Part shown: positions 37,550 to 47,444 of the stretch, piece by piece
Numbering within the stretch: the stretch's first letter is position 1
Layout: every line of letters starts with the position of its first letter
Assembly: GCA_015069335.1 (NCBI GenBank)
Contig: SVIU01000001.1
Span: 1,180-65,179, forward strand
Direction: 5' to 3'
Origin: Clostridiales bacterium
Lineage (GTDB): Bacteria > Bacillota > Clostridia > Christensenellales > UBA1242
DNA: 64,000 nt
Notes under the pieces: model-generated
Database searches by the model: none
What the model was told of the DNA's origin: nothing
What the model saw: the letters and a program-made list of their open reading frames with translations, nothing else
Program-made: the position numbers and the translations under genes

Positions 37550-40500
37550 TTAGTCTTTATTCTCCTGATCCAAGTTTTTAATTGCGTCAGCAAGTTTGAC
37601 ACTAACTGTTCTTGACACGCCTTTTTCTTCCATTGTTACACCGTATAGACTATCGGCAAGTTCCATGGTTGGCTTTCTATGTGTGATAACAATAAATTGC
37701 GTTACTTTTGAGAAACGTTTTAAGTATTGTGCAAAACGCTCTACGTTTGAATCGTCTAGTGCCGCTTCAATTTCGTCTAGCAAACAGAAAGGCATTGGCC
37801 TTAATTTTAATATACTAAACAAAATTGCAATAGCAGTAAGTGCCTTTTCACCACCACTAAGTAGTGTGATGTTTTGCAACTTTTTGCCAGGTGGCTCCGC
37901 AACAATATCAACTCCCGCTTCAAGTGGGTCGCCACTCTCTGCATCAATGAGTTCTAGCCTTGCATTTCCGCCACCAAACAACTCTCTAAATGTGGTTTTA
38001 AAGTTTTCACTAACCTTTTGGAAGGCTGTGTCAAAGCGAAGTGTCATTTCTCTGCTAAGGTCGGTTATAATTTCAGTAAGTTCGCTTTCTGCCTTGCTTA
38101 AATCTGCCACTTGTGCTGATTTTTCTTCATATCTTTCAAGCAAAACCTTAACATCTTCTATCGCGTTAACGTTTACTGCGCCTAATTTATTTATTTCCCT
38201 TTTTATGCGATATATTTCAGGCATTGCAACAGAAATATCAAAATCAGGACGCTTGTATTGCAAACATGTGTCATATGTCAAAGCATAATCTTCATAGATT
38301 CTTTCTTGCATATTTTCAAGTTCGGTGTCAACCTTGCTTAAATGCAATTCTTCGGCATATTTTTTGTCGTTGATTTTTGTGATATCATCATTGAGTTGTT
38401 GTTTTTGCTCGTCTAATTGCTTGATCAAAATTTGAGTTTCTTGCTTGTCTTTGTCAAGTAGAACTTGTTTTTGTTTGATTGCATCAAGTTGTTGCTTTTT
38501 CTCGCTGTTTTCCGCCTTTTCAAACTGGCTGCGAATAATTTCTTCTCCAGCGATAATTGTTTCGTCAAGGCTTGCAATTTCTCTGTTCAAATTTGCTAAA
38601 ATTTCATTTTGCTTGTCTATGTCAATATTGATTCTTATAATATCGTCATTTAATGTGCTAGCAAGTTGCTCATTTGAAACAATTTCAATTTTAACAAGTG
38701 TCATTTGTTCATTTAATTTTTCGCGTTTTTGACGCAAATCGTTAAACAAATTTTGCTTTTCTGTCATAAATTTTGATGTTTCTGCCTTGCTTTCTTCTGC
38801 GTTAAGTTCAAGTTCGTCAATGCTTGAAAGTTCTTCAGTTATGACTTCTATTCTTGCTTTTATGCGAGCATTTGCACTTTCCATGCCGTCAATTTCGTCT
38901 TGAAGATCTGCAATTGTGTCTTTAAGTTGTTGATATTTTTCATTTTCTCTAACAAAATTGATTTCTGCATTATTTTTATCTTCTAAGAATTTATTGATGT
39001 TATTTTTCAAGAATTCTTGTTCTTTTTGCATTTCTTCAAATCTGGCATTTTTTTGAAGTAACATTGCCTTTAGTTTTTGAATTTCTGTACCCATTGTTTG
39101 AATTTCTCTTTCACGAGAAATCAAATTTGCCGCCTCTTGTCTGCGGCTACCGCCAGTCATTGAGCCTTGTGGATTAATAACGTCGCCGTCTAATGTAACA
39201 AGTTTATAAGACAAAGTTGTGTTGTGAGAAACAGAAATTGCGGTATCAAGATTGTCAACAATGATGGTTGTGCCAAGTAAATTGGAAATAATATTGTCAA
39301 TATCAGATGAGTAACTGATTAAATCGCTTGCAACACCAAATACTCCAGCTGAAGATAAAATCCTTTTATCTTGAGGTGATATATTTCTTGGCTTTATAGT
39401 ACTAATTGGCAAGAATGTTGCACGCCCATATTGATTTGTTTTTAAATAATTAATTAAATCTTTTGCACCTTGTTCGTTAAAGGTTACAATGTTTTGAACA
39501 GCATTGCCAAGTGCAACTTCAATTGCCGTTTCATATTTTTGTGGAACCGTAATTAATGTTGCCAATGCGCCCATCATTTTATTGCTAATGTTTGCGTTCT
39601 TTTTGCTATCTTGTAATAATTTTTTTACTGCAGCTTGATAGCCATCAAATGCATTTTGCATATCTTCTAGATAATGCTTTTTGTTTTCGTAAATTTGAAT
39701 ACGTGTATTGATTGAATGTCTTTCTGTTTCGGTGTCCTTTAATTCGTTTAACAAACTTTCTTGTTTAAACTTGCTTTCGGCATAAATTTGTGCTGTGCTG
39801 TTTTTTTCTTCAAACAATTTTTTGCAAAGTTCTTGCGATTCTTTAAATTGTTTTTGTTTTTCATTTAGAGCAATAACGCTTTGCTCGTAACGTGATGCAC
39901 TGTCTTTTAAATTTTCTTCAAGCATTTGTTTCTCTGCTTGATATTTTGAGAAGTTTATTTTTATGTCGCTAAGCTTGTCCATTGCGTCCATCATTTTTTG
40001 TTGAGTTGTGCTTGCTTCCTCTTCTCTTTCGCTTAATTCATCAACCAAACCAAGATATTCGCTTGACATTTCGTCATATGAAAAATGTAGGTTGGCAATT
40101 TTTTCGTCAACTTCTTTTTGTTTTGCCTTTTTGTATTCTAATTCGGCATTGTCTTTGATTAATGCATTTGTTGCATTTAGAACATCCAAATTTAACTTGT
40201 CTTTTTGCAAGCCCAAATTGTTGATTCTTTCACGAATAACCTTAATTTCGCCAGATTGTTGTTCAATTTCTACGGTTAATCTTAAAACCTCGTTATGTAT
40301 GCTTTCAATTTGTTGGTCAATTACACTTAGCTTGTCCATATTTTGAGCGTAACTATCGTTGGCTTCTTCAAGTTTTTGTGCAACCAAATTTAATTCGTCA
40401 GTTATTGACTTGATTTTTAAATTAATTTCATCTTTTACATTTTTTGCATTTTCATATTGAAAAACATAAGCGTTGATTTCAAGGTCTTTTAACTGATCTT

Positions 40501-41155
40501 TAAAAGCAAGATATGCTTTTGCATTTTCGGCTTGCTTTTTCATAGGGCCCATTTGCCTTTCAATTTCACCAATAATGTCATTAACGCGTGCTATGTTTTC
40601 ACGAGTTCTCTCTAGGCGTCTTTCGGCCTCAACTTTACGTGATTTAAACTTTGAAATACCTGCTGCGTCTTCAAAAATAGAACGGCGATCTTCTGGTTTG
40701 GAAGAGATAATTTGCTCAACCTTGCCTTGACCAATAATAGAATAACCGTCTTTGCCAATGCCTGAGTCATACAAAAGGTTTATAATATCTTTCAAGCGGC
40801 AATCCTGACGATTGATAAGATAAGCACTCTCACCACTGCGATAAAGTTTTCTTGTTATTGCAACTTCGTCATAATCATAGTTAAAATAGCGGTCAGTATT
40901 GTCAAAAGTGAGTGTTACTTCACAATATGACAAGCTTTTACGCTTTTCTGTGCCATTAAAAATGACATCTTGCATAGATGTTCCACGCAAGTTTTTGCTG
41001 CTTTGTTCACCAAGCACCCATCTAATTGCATCCGCAACGTTACTCTTTCCGCAACCGTTTGGTCCAACAATTGCTGTAACGCCCGAATCAAATTTTATTT
41101 CTATCTTATCGGCAAACGATTTAAAGCCTGCCAATTCTATCTTTTTGAAGTTCAT
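37550..41155 (-). CDS. smc: Chromosome partition protein Smc
   Basis: 1201 aa. Walker A GPNGCGKSN, hinge, long coiled coils, LSGGEKALTAIA, Walker B CLLDEIEAALD. Confidence 0.95.
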   Translation of the reverse strand: MNFKKIELAGFKSFADKIEIKFDSGVTAIVGPNGCGKSNVADAIRWVLGEQSSKNLRGTSMQDVIFNGTEKRKSLSYCEVTLTFDNTDRYFNYDYDEVAITRKLYRSGESAYLINRQDCRLKDIINLLYDSGIGKDGYSIIGQGKVEQIISSKPEDRRSIFEDAAGISKFKSRKVEAERRLERTRENIARVNDIIGEIERQMGPMKKQAENAKAYLAFKDQLKDLEINAYVFQYENAKNVKDEINLKIKSITDELNLVAQKLEEANDSYAQNMDKLSVIDQQIESIHNEVLRLTVEIEQQSGEIKVIRERINNLGLQKDKLNLDVLNATNALIKDNAELEYKKAKQKEVDEKIANLHFSYDEMSSEYLGLVDELSEREEEASTTQQKMMDAMDKLSDIKINFSKYQAEKQMLEENLKDSASRYEQSVIALNEKQKQFKESQELCKKLFEEKNSTAQIYAESKFKQESLLNELKDTETERHSINTRIQIYENKKHYLEDMQNAFDGYQAAVKKLLQDSKKNANISNKMMGALATLITVPQKYETAIEVALGNAVQNIVTFNEQGAKDLINYLKTNQYGRATFLPISTIKPRNISPQDKRILSSAGVFGVASDLISYSSDIDNIISNLLGTTIIVDNLDTAISVSHNTTLSYKLVTLDGDVINPQGSMTGGSRRQEAANLISREREIQTMGTEIQKLKAMLLQKNARFEEMQKEQEFLKNNINKFLEDKNNAEINFVRENEKYQQLKDTIADLQDEIDGMESANARIKARIEVITEELSSIDELELNAEESKAETSKFMTEKQNLFNDLRQKREKLNEQMTLVKIEIVSNEQLASTLNDDIIRINIDIDKQNEILANLNREIASLDETIIAGEEIIRSQFEKAENSEKKQQLDAIKQKQVLLDKDKQETQILIKQLDEQKQQLNDDITKINDKKYAEELHLSKVDTELENMQERIYEDYALTYDTCLQYKRPDFDISVAMPEIYRIKREINKLGAVNVNAIEDVKVLLERYEEKSAQVADLSKAESELTEIITDLSREMTLRFDTAFQKVSENFKTTFRELFGGGNARLELIDAESGDPLEAGVDIVAEPPGKKLQNITLLSGGEKALTAIAILFSILKLRPMPFCLLDEIEAALDDSNVERFAQYLKRFSKVTQFIVITHRKPTMELADSLYGVTMEEKGVSRTVSVKLADAIKNLDQENKD

Positions 41156-41157
41156 AT

Positions 41158-41778
41158 TTATCCCTTATATTTTTCTAGTGCAATTTTTGCACATTGTTTT
41201 TCTGCTTCTGCTTTGCTTTTTGCACTTGCGCTTGCCACAACCATGCCATTTACAATCAAGTTGATATAAAAAGTCAAGTTGTGAGCCTCGCCCTCTGATT
41301 TAACAAAATCATACTGAAATTGATACTTGTTTTTTTGTGCAAACTCTTGAAATTTTGTTTTGTAGTCTTTTGAATCATCCGGCGACAGATTAAAGTTGTC
41401 TGTGATAAATTTTTGACAAGCATTTAAGCCGCTTTCAAGATATATGGTTGCAATAACACTCTCTAAAACATCACATTTTATTGCTTTTGTAACAACTTTT
41501 AAACTTTTGCCAAGTTTAACCATTTTTTGCAAATTAAGCGAGTCAAAAACTTTACTCAAATTTTCTTCGCTGACAATATTTGCCCTTGAACGCGTTAGTT
41601 CATCTTCTTTAAGATTGTTGTTTTTGTATAATATATCTGCAATTAAAAAGTCTAAGATGCTATCGCCTAAAAATTCTAATCTTTCATAGTTTTCTGCAGA
41701 TTTTGAAGAGTGTGTAAATGCCGTATCAATTAATGAAGTTTTAAATTCATATCCGCCAATTTTAGTCATTTTCGCCAA
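41158..41778 (-). CDS. rnc: Ribonuclease III
   Basis: ERLEFLGDS catalytic signature and a C-terminal dsRBD-like region. Conserved rnc-smc-ftsY order. Confidence 0.9.
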   Translation of the reverse strand: MAKMTKIGGYEFKTSLIDTAFTHSSKSAENYERLEFLGDSILDFLIADILYKNNNLKEDELTRSRANIVSEENLSKVFDSLNLQKMVKLGKSLKVVTKAIKCDVLESVIATIYLESGLNACQKFITDNFNLSPDDSKDYKTKFQEFAQKNKYQFQYDFVKSEGEAHNLTFYINLIVNGMVVASASAKSKAEAEKQCAKIALEKYKG

Positions 41779-42787
41779 CCTCCAACTCTGGCAAAAGTTC
41801 TATCTGCTGGGCAATTTTTTCATTGATTTTTGATTTTTCGATGTTGTAAGCCTGCTTTATTGCAGCCAAAATTGTTATATCTTTGCTTGAGCCATGCGAC
41901 TTGATAATCATTTTTTTACAACCAATAAATGGTGAACCACCATATTTATTGTAATCTAATTTATTTTTAATACCTTTTAAAGCCTTTTTGCAAAGCAAAG
42001 CGCCAAGTTTTGCTTTCAAACTTGAATATAATGCCGACTTTAATTCACCCATAACCATTGAAACTGCACCCTCAGTTGATTTTAATAGCACATTGCCTGT
42101 AAAACCATCGCAAACCAAAACATCATAATCGCCTGATAGTGCATCGCGTGCTTCCATATTTCCAACAAAGTTAATTGGTAATTTTTTCATTAATGGAAAT
42201 GTTTGTTTTATAAGTTCATTTCCCTTTTCATCCTCAGTGCCATTGCATACAAGTGCAACTCTTGGATTTTCAACACCAAACAACTCTTTATAATAAATAC
42301 TTCCCATCATTGCAAAATGGCACAAGTTAACTGGCTTACAATCTGCATTCGCTCCACAATCTATAAGCATAACATTGCCACCGTTGTTTGTTGGTAAACA
42401 TGGGCAAAGTGCAGGACGAGAAACACCTTTAATCCTGCCAATCTTTAAAAATCCGCCAGTAAGAATTGCACCTGTGCTGCCTGTAGAAATTAAAGCTTTA
42501 ACTTCGTCATCAGTCTTTAGTATTTCTAATGCTTTAACAAGTGAACTTTCTTTTTTTGTTCTTATTGCTATTGTTGGAACATCATGACATGTCACAACAT
42601 CTGGAGCATCAACAATTTCTAAACTTTTAAAAGTATACTTTTTTTCATTTATATAATTATCAATTACAGTTTTGTCGCCTGTTACAACAAAAGCTATATC
42701 ATCAAATCCTTTTTCAGCTAAATATATGCCATCTATTACGCAATTTGGACAGTTGTCTCCGCCAAAAGCATCTAAAACCAATTTCAT
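41762..42787 (-). CDS. plsX: Phosphate acyltransferase PlsX
   Basis: MKLVLDAFGGD N-terminus (start 42785-42787), GNVLLK and HGSS patterns. Confidence 0.9.
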   Translation of the reverse strand: MKLVLDAFGGDNCPNCVIDGIYLAEKGFDDIAFVVTGDKTVIDNYINEKKYTFKSLEIVDAPDVVTCHDVPTIAIRTKKESSLVKALEILKTDDEVKALISTGSTGAILTGGFLKIGRIKGVSRPALCPCLPTNNGGNVMLIDCGANADCKPVNLCHFAMMGSIYYKELFGVENPRVALVCNGTEDEKGNELIKQTFPLMKKLPINFVGNMEARDALSGDYDVLVCDGFTGNVLLKSTEGAVSMVMGELKSALYSSLKAKLGALLCKKALKGIKNKLDYNKYGGSPFIGCKKMIIKSHGSSKDITILAAIKQAYNIEKSKINEKIAQQIELLPELEVGEND

Positions 42788-42873
42788 ATAAAATCTCCAC
42801 TTGAGATTATACACAATTTTTCAATTTAAATCAAGCAATTTGCCTTATTAATACAGCAAAAGAAAAACAACCA

Positions 42874-43320
42874 TTATTGGTTGTTTTTAAACTTTGCTAT
42901 TTCGTTTGTTGCCAAAAAGTCGCAACGGTTGTTTCTTTCGTTGTCGGCGTGGCCCTTTACTTTATGCCATGTTACTTTATGTGTTTCAAGCAGTTTTAAA
43001 AGCTCTTGCCATAGTTCAATATTTTTAACATCTTTTTTTCCTGCTGTGTGCCAGTTGTTTTTCACCCAGGAGTCAACCCAATTTTGCAAGAACGCATTAA
43101 CCACATAGGCAGAATCACTATAAATATCAACCTCGCAAGGCTCTTTTAGTGCTTTTAAGCCTTGTATCACTGCTAAAAGTTCCATTTGATTATTGGTGGT
43201 GAGTTCACATGATCCAGACATTTCTTTTAAGTTGCCCTTGTAATCTAGAATACAACCCCACCCACCAATGCCGGGATTACCAGAGCAAGCACCGTCTGTG
43301 TATAATGTTATTTTTTTCAT
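42874..43320 (-). CDS. rnhA: Ribonuclease HI
   Basis: YTDGACSGNPG, NNQMEL, DSAYV and KGHADNERNNRCDFLA (DEDD catalytic series). Confidence 0.9.
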   Translation of the reverse strand: MKKITLYTDGACSGNPGIGGWGCILDYKGNLKEMSGSCELTTNNQMELLAVIQGLKALKEPCEVDIYSDSAYVVNAFLQNWVDSWVKNNWHTAGKKDVKNIELWQELLKLLETHKVTWHKVKGHADNERNNRCDFLATNEIAKFKNNQ

Positions 43321-43330
43321 ATATACTCGC

Positions 43331-44032
43331 TTAAATTAAAAATAACGAACAAGCAATCAAAATTTGACCAGCATAATAAATTGCATGATTTAAAATTGTA
43401 AATAACTTGCTGTCTTTCTTATCGCCAAAATATTGTTTTGATAAAATAATATCACTTGCAAAAATAAGTGTTATTCCAGCTGCAAAAACAAAGAAAATAA
43501 CATTATAAAATGCAACACCTATTGAAAACGCGGTCATAAATGACAAAACAAAAGTATAGGCATATGATTGAATTTTAAATTCACCAAAATTAAGCTTTAA
43601 TAATTTTGCACCGTATAGTACAATAAACAAAGTTACAACAACCGCAATAGCAATGGCGATTAGTATAATATAAAATGTTTTGATGTCGAATGCAAATAAA
43701 ACATTAGCATATATTACTGTTGCTATAAAATAAAAAATATGTCCTATCAAAAAACTAGCAATACCAGCATTTAAAAATGGCTTGTAATTTTTTTGCTCCA
43801 TAACTTTTAAATCTAGTAAAATATCACCTATAAGGCCACAAATTAAACCCAAAATTATAAATAAAGAAATTTCTGTTAACCCACTGGCAAGAGTACCAAT
43901 TAAGCCCAAAAACACAAACGCAAAACTTGCTGTGGTTTTTGTTAAAAGCCCAGCGATTCCGCCCTTTTTGCATCTTACATAAATAAACACAATAGCCAAT
44001 ATTATTGCTAACGCTCCAAAACCATACATCAT
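43331..44032 (-). CDS. YhhN-family lysoplasmalogenase-like membrane protein
   Basis: 8-TM profile with LIGDILL, FLIGHIFY, ASDIILS and YYAGQILIA, the four YhhN family motifs. Confidence 0.7.
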   Translation of the reverse strand: MMYGFGALAIILAIVFIYVRCKKGGIAGLLTKTTASFAFVFLGLIGTLASGLTEISLFIILGLICGLIGDILLDLKVMEQKNYKPFLNAGIASFLIGHIFYFIATVIYANVLFAFDIKTFYIILIAIAIAVVVTLFIVLYGAKLLKLNFGEFKIQSYAYTFVLSFMTAFSIGVAFYNVIFFVFAAGITLIFASDIILSKQYFGDKKDSKLFTILNHAIYYAGQILIACSLFLI

Positions 44033-44046
44033 AAATTTCTTCCCCC

Positions 44047-45213
44047 TTATTCTGCCCTTTGCAAAATGTTTTTAATATCTTGAATTGTCATCCCAACAGG
44101 ATTTACAATCATTGCCCCGTCATTTAACGCACCTTGAACAATTTCGTCTATTAATGTTTTATCATATCTTTTTGTATCTGTCAAATTAATAGGCAAACCT
44201 GTTAAAATGTTTAATTCTTGCCTAAAACCTTTTATTGCTTGAATAACGCATTCGCATTTTTCTTTTTCGTCTTTCACACCTTCATTACATTGACAAAAAA
44301 TATCAAACAATTGAGCATATATCGAACAAAGTTTTTCTTTGTTGAACTCCATTACGTGAGGTAATAAAATTGTCATTGCATCACCATGCGCAATATGACA
44401 AACACCACCAAGTGAATGACCAATTGCATGCACTCCTCCAACCATACTATTTCCAAAACAAAGACCAGCAAGTGTTGAAGCTATTGCCATATTTAGCCTT
44501 GCCTCTTTATTATTTGGCTCTTTGCAAACTGTAAGCAAGTTGTCATAAATAAGTTTTATTGAAGTAAGTGCATATGCGTCAGAAATTGGATTTTTTTGCA
44601 TACAAGAAAAGCCTTCTATAGCATGGCAAAGTGCATCAAAACCAGTGCTTGCTGAAATTTTTGGAGGCAAAGTTAAAGTTAAAGTAGGGTCTATTATTGC
44701 CACATTTGGCATTAAATATGGTGTTATAAACTCCATTTTTACATCAGTTTTTTCATCTCTAATAACAGCAACGTTAGTAACTTCGCTACCGGTGCCCGCT
44801 GTGGTTGGCATAACTATAAATGGAAGTTCTTTGGCTTTGCTAATAACTTCTAGTCCCATAATTTGTTTTAAGTCGCTTGTTCTTGCATATGCCATTTTTA
44901 CGCCCTTTGCAGTATCAATAACACTACCACCGCCAAGCGCCACAATGCCATCGCAATTGTTTTCTTGCAAAAATTTTAAAATGTTGTTAACAACCTCAAC
45001 TCCGCTATCTGTTGGAATATTGGTGTATAACACATAATTTTCTAATTTTGAAATCTTTATAACTTTATCAACCAGACCTAGTTTTTTTAAACCCTCATCC
45101 GATAATAGTAACGGCTTTTTAACACATAAGCTTTGTAGTTCATAATTTAAGTGCAAAATAGCATCTTCTCCTGCACAAATTTTTACTGGATTAAAAAATT
45201 CAAAATATTTCAT
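44047..45213 (-). CDS. Iron-containing (group III) alcohol dehydrogenase
   Basis: GGGSVIDTAK NAD(P) loop, PTTAGTGSE, His cluster HAIGH...H. Confidence 0.85.
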   Translation of the reverse strand: MKYFEFFNPVKICAGEDAILHLNYELQSLCVKKPLLLSDEGLKKLGLVDKVIKISKLENYVLYTNIPTDSGVEVVNNILKFLQENNCDGIVALGGGSVIDTAKGVKMAYARTSDLKQIMGLEVISKAKELPFIVMPTTAGTGSEVTNVAVIRDEKTDVKMEFITPYLMPNVAIIDPTLTLTLPPKISASTGFDALCHAIEGFSCMQKNPISDAYALTSIKLIYDNLLTVCKEPNNKEARLNMAIASTLAGLCFGNSMVGGVHAIGHSLGGVCHIAHGDAMTILLPHVMEFNKEKLCSIYAQLFDIFCQCNEGVKDEKEKCECVIQAIKGFRQELNILTGLPINLTDTKRYDKTLIDEIVQGALNDGAMIVNPVGMTIQDIKNILQRAE

Positions 45214-45222
45214 AATTCTCCT

Positions 45223-45684
45223 TTAAAATAAACACAATAAATAGGTTTTAAACATTGAAATTTGGCGTTTGAAAGGAATTTTTAAAAGTTTTTTATTTAT
45301 ACTCTTTGGAAATAAATATCCCTCGACACGTTCTATAATTCTTGTTATTCCCATTGCCAAATATATATTGCCAAACATTTGAAAGTAATGCTCCGCATAG
45401 GCATCTGCAAGGCTTTTTTTACCCATGAATACCTTATACGCCAAGTGTTTTGATTTAAAAACAATCTGCAAATCGTAGTTTTCTTGATTTTTTACTTTTT
45501 GCACCTTGCCATCTAAAATTTTAAACGCCATTTGTTTGCCGTTTTGCAAATCGGTAGATATTTTAACACTATAACCGTTTGGAAGTGATTTTAACTCATT
45601 GGTTATTTCACTATCACGACCATTTAAAACTTTTATGCCACGATACAAAAAATGAAGAATTATTTTCATTAAAAAATTTTTCAT
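45223..45684 (-). CDS. SCP2-like (sterol carrier / lipid-binding) domain protein, tentative
   Basis: 153 aa. KVFMGKKSLADAYAEHYFQMFGNIYLAMGI resembles the SCP2 G-x-L...A...G.l...G-d segment. Confidence 0.4.
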   Translation of the reverse strand: MKNFLMKIILHFLYRGIKVLNGRDSEITNELKSLPNGYSVKISTDLQNGKQMAFKILDGKVQKVKNQENYDLQIVFKSKHLAYKVFMGKKSLADAYAEHYFQMFGNIYLAMGITRIIERVEGYLFPKSINKKLLKIPFKRQISMFKTYLLCLF

Positions 45685-45781
45685 AATTTTCCTTTATGTT
45701 AACTCCTTGATTATCATAAGTTTAGCATAAAGATAACAAAATTAAAAACTTTTTTAAATTTTAATCAACAAATTTTTTGTC

Positions 45782-45812
45782 AAAAAAAACTTGCCAATTT
45801 TGGCAAGTTTTT
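45782..45812 (-). terminator. Intrinsic terminator after the coiled-coil protein gene
   Basis: Stem CTTGCCA/TGGCAAG (45790-45796 with 45801-45807) with an A8 run upstream and T5 downstream. Functional on either strand. Confidence 0.7.
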
Positions 45813-45824
45813 ATACTTGATATT

Positions 45825-47351
45825 TTATTCTTGATCTGCTTTAAGTTCTTCAATTTTAGCCATACATTCTTCAATGTCTGCTTTGATGTTTTCATTGTTT
45901 GCAAACAATACATTGTAAGATTTTTCTAAGATTGGGTATCTGTCTTCATTTGCTTTCATAACTTCTTCGCAATGTTGAACAGATAATCTCAAGCCTTCTA
46001 ACAAATCCAAATCTTCTGAAAGTTTTTTTGCTTTTTCTTCGTCGATATCAACATAGTTGTTTACACCATAAAGCATAACTTTTTGTTTTGCAACAAGTGC
46101 TTCTTTTCTACGAAGTTTAATTTTGTCTTTTTCCCAAGATTTTTGAATTTTTGCAAGTGGTAAATATTCTTTTTTAACTGTTTTAAGTTCTTTTTCGTTA
46201 ACTCTTAGTCTTTCTTTTAAAGTTTCAAGTCTTGCTTCGTATTCTTCTAATGAAAGTGTTGGGCCAACTTTTTCGCTAAGCTTTTCTTCTGCTTGTTTTA
46301 CTTGTTCTGCTTTTACTTCTAATTCTGTTTGTGCAGATGCAAGTTGTTGCTCTAACAACAATTTTTCAGCAGTTTGTTTTTCAGATTCTAATCTCTTAGC
46401 CTCTTCTAATGCTTTTTGCTCTTCTTCTTTTTGAGCTAACATTCTTTCTAGTTCTGCGATTCTTTGGTTTGCTTTTTCCATTTCTTCGCTGTTTGCTTGC
46501 TCAATAACTTCTTCTATAACAGTTTGTGCAAACACTTCTTCTTGAGAAACTGTTGTTTCTTCAACTGTTGCAACAGCCTCTGGTTCCTCTTCTGCAACAA
46601 TTTCAGCAACTTCTTCTGCTGCTTCTTGTTGGGCTACTTCTAGTGCTTGTTTTTGTTCTTGAGCTTGTTTTAATTTTCCTTCATACTCTTCTTTTTGACG
46701 TGCAAGTTCTTCTTCTAGTTGTTTAATTCTTAAAGCTTCTTCGCTTTCAACTAATGTTTCAACTGGAGCTTCTTCAACTTCGGCAATAGTTTCTTCAGCC
46801 ACAACTGGTGTTTCATCTATTTCAGTTGTTGTTTCTTCAACTATTTCTTCATCATCGCCGTCAACATCGTTTTCTTGTAAAATTCTGTTGATTAAATCTT
46901 CGATGTTTTCGTCCTCTTCTTCTTCCGAAATTTCGTCTTCTTGTTCTTCTTCAAAGAAAATTTCATCAAGATTTACTTCTTCTGGCTTGTTGCTTTCGTT
47001 GGCTTTTTGGCTGAGTCTTTCTTCAATTTGTCTTTGTTTTTCTTTAATAAACAAAGCCTCTTCTTCTGCCAATGTGCCAAAGTTTAAAGCCTTTTCTTCT
47101 TGTTTTGCAAGCTCTAAATCAACCTCTTTGATATCTTCTTTTTGAAGAGTTGCTTGAGGCTCTGGATTGTTTTCAAGCAATTTTGGTTGTTCGTATGTAA
47201 TTTGTTGAGTGGTTTCCTCTTTTTCTTTGCCTTTGCCATGGTTGTCAAAAATAGAAATAACCAAGTTTCCTAGTGCAATTACAACAAAACTAGCAACAAC
47301 AACAATGCCAACAATTGCCAAAATCCATTTTAAAATTTCAAGTATGTTCAT
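45825..47351 (-). CDS. Membrane-anchored, glutamate-rich coiled-coil protein (unknown function)
   Basis: 508 aa. A single N-terminal TM, about 300 aa of E/A/Q/K-rich heptad-like sequence, then a less biased C-terminal ~120 aa. Confidence 0.6.
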   Translation of the reverse strand: MNILEILKWILAIVGIVVVASFVVIALGNLVISIFDNHGKGKEKEETTQQITYEQPKLLENNPEPQATLQKEDIKEVDLELAKQEEKALNFGTLAEEEALFIKEKQRQIEERLSQKANESNKPEEVNLDEIFFEEEQEDEISEEEEDENIEDLINRILQENDVDGDDEEIVEETTTEIDETPVVAEETIAEVEEAPVETLVESEEALRIKQLEEELARQKEEYEGKLKQAQEQKQALEVAQQEAAEEVAEIVAEEEPEAVATVEETTVSQEEVFAQTVIEEVIEQANSEEMEKANQRIAELERMLAQKEEEQKALEEAKRLESEKQTAEKLLLEQQLASAQTELEVKAEQVKQAEEKLSEKVGPTLSLEEYEARLETLKERLRVNEKELKTVKKEYLPLAKIQKSWEKDKIKLRRKEALVAKQKVMLYGVNNYVDIDEEKAKKLSEDLDLLEGLRLSVQHCEEVMKANEDRYPILEKSYNVLFANNENIKADIEECMAKIEELKADQE

Positions 47352-47444
47352 AATGTTCTCTCCTTAAAATAAAAAGTTCATGTCTTAACGATGACATTTT
47401 AGCACACTAACATAAAAATTTCAATACCCAATTTTAAAAAACTT

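Noticed and set aside
37596-38288. Long plus-strand ORFs antisense to real genes: 37596..38288 (230 aa, inside smc), 9531..10091 (186 aa), 23891..24310, 24488..24871, 44645..45037 and 7525..7911.
   Set aside because: All are antisense to well-supported conserved genes. Their composition is Ser/Leu/Phe-rich and low in complexity, as expected from the complement of AT-rich coding sequence, and none has an SD. They are spurious.
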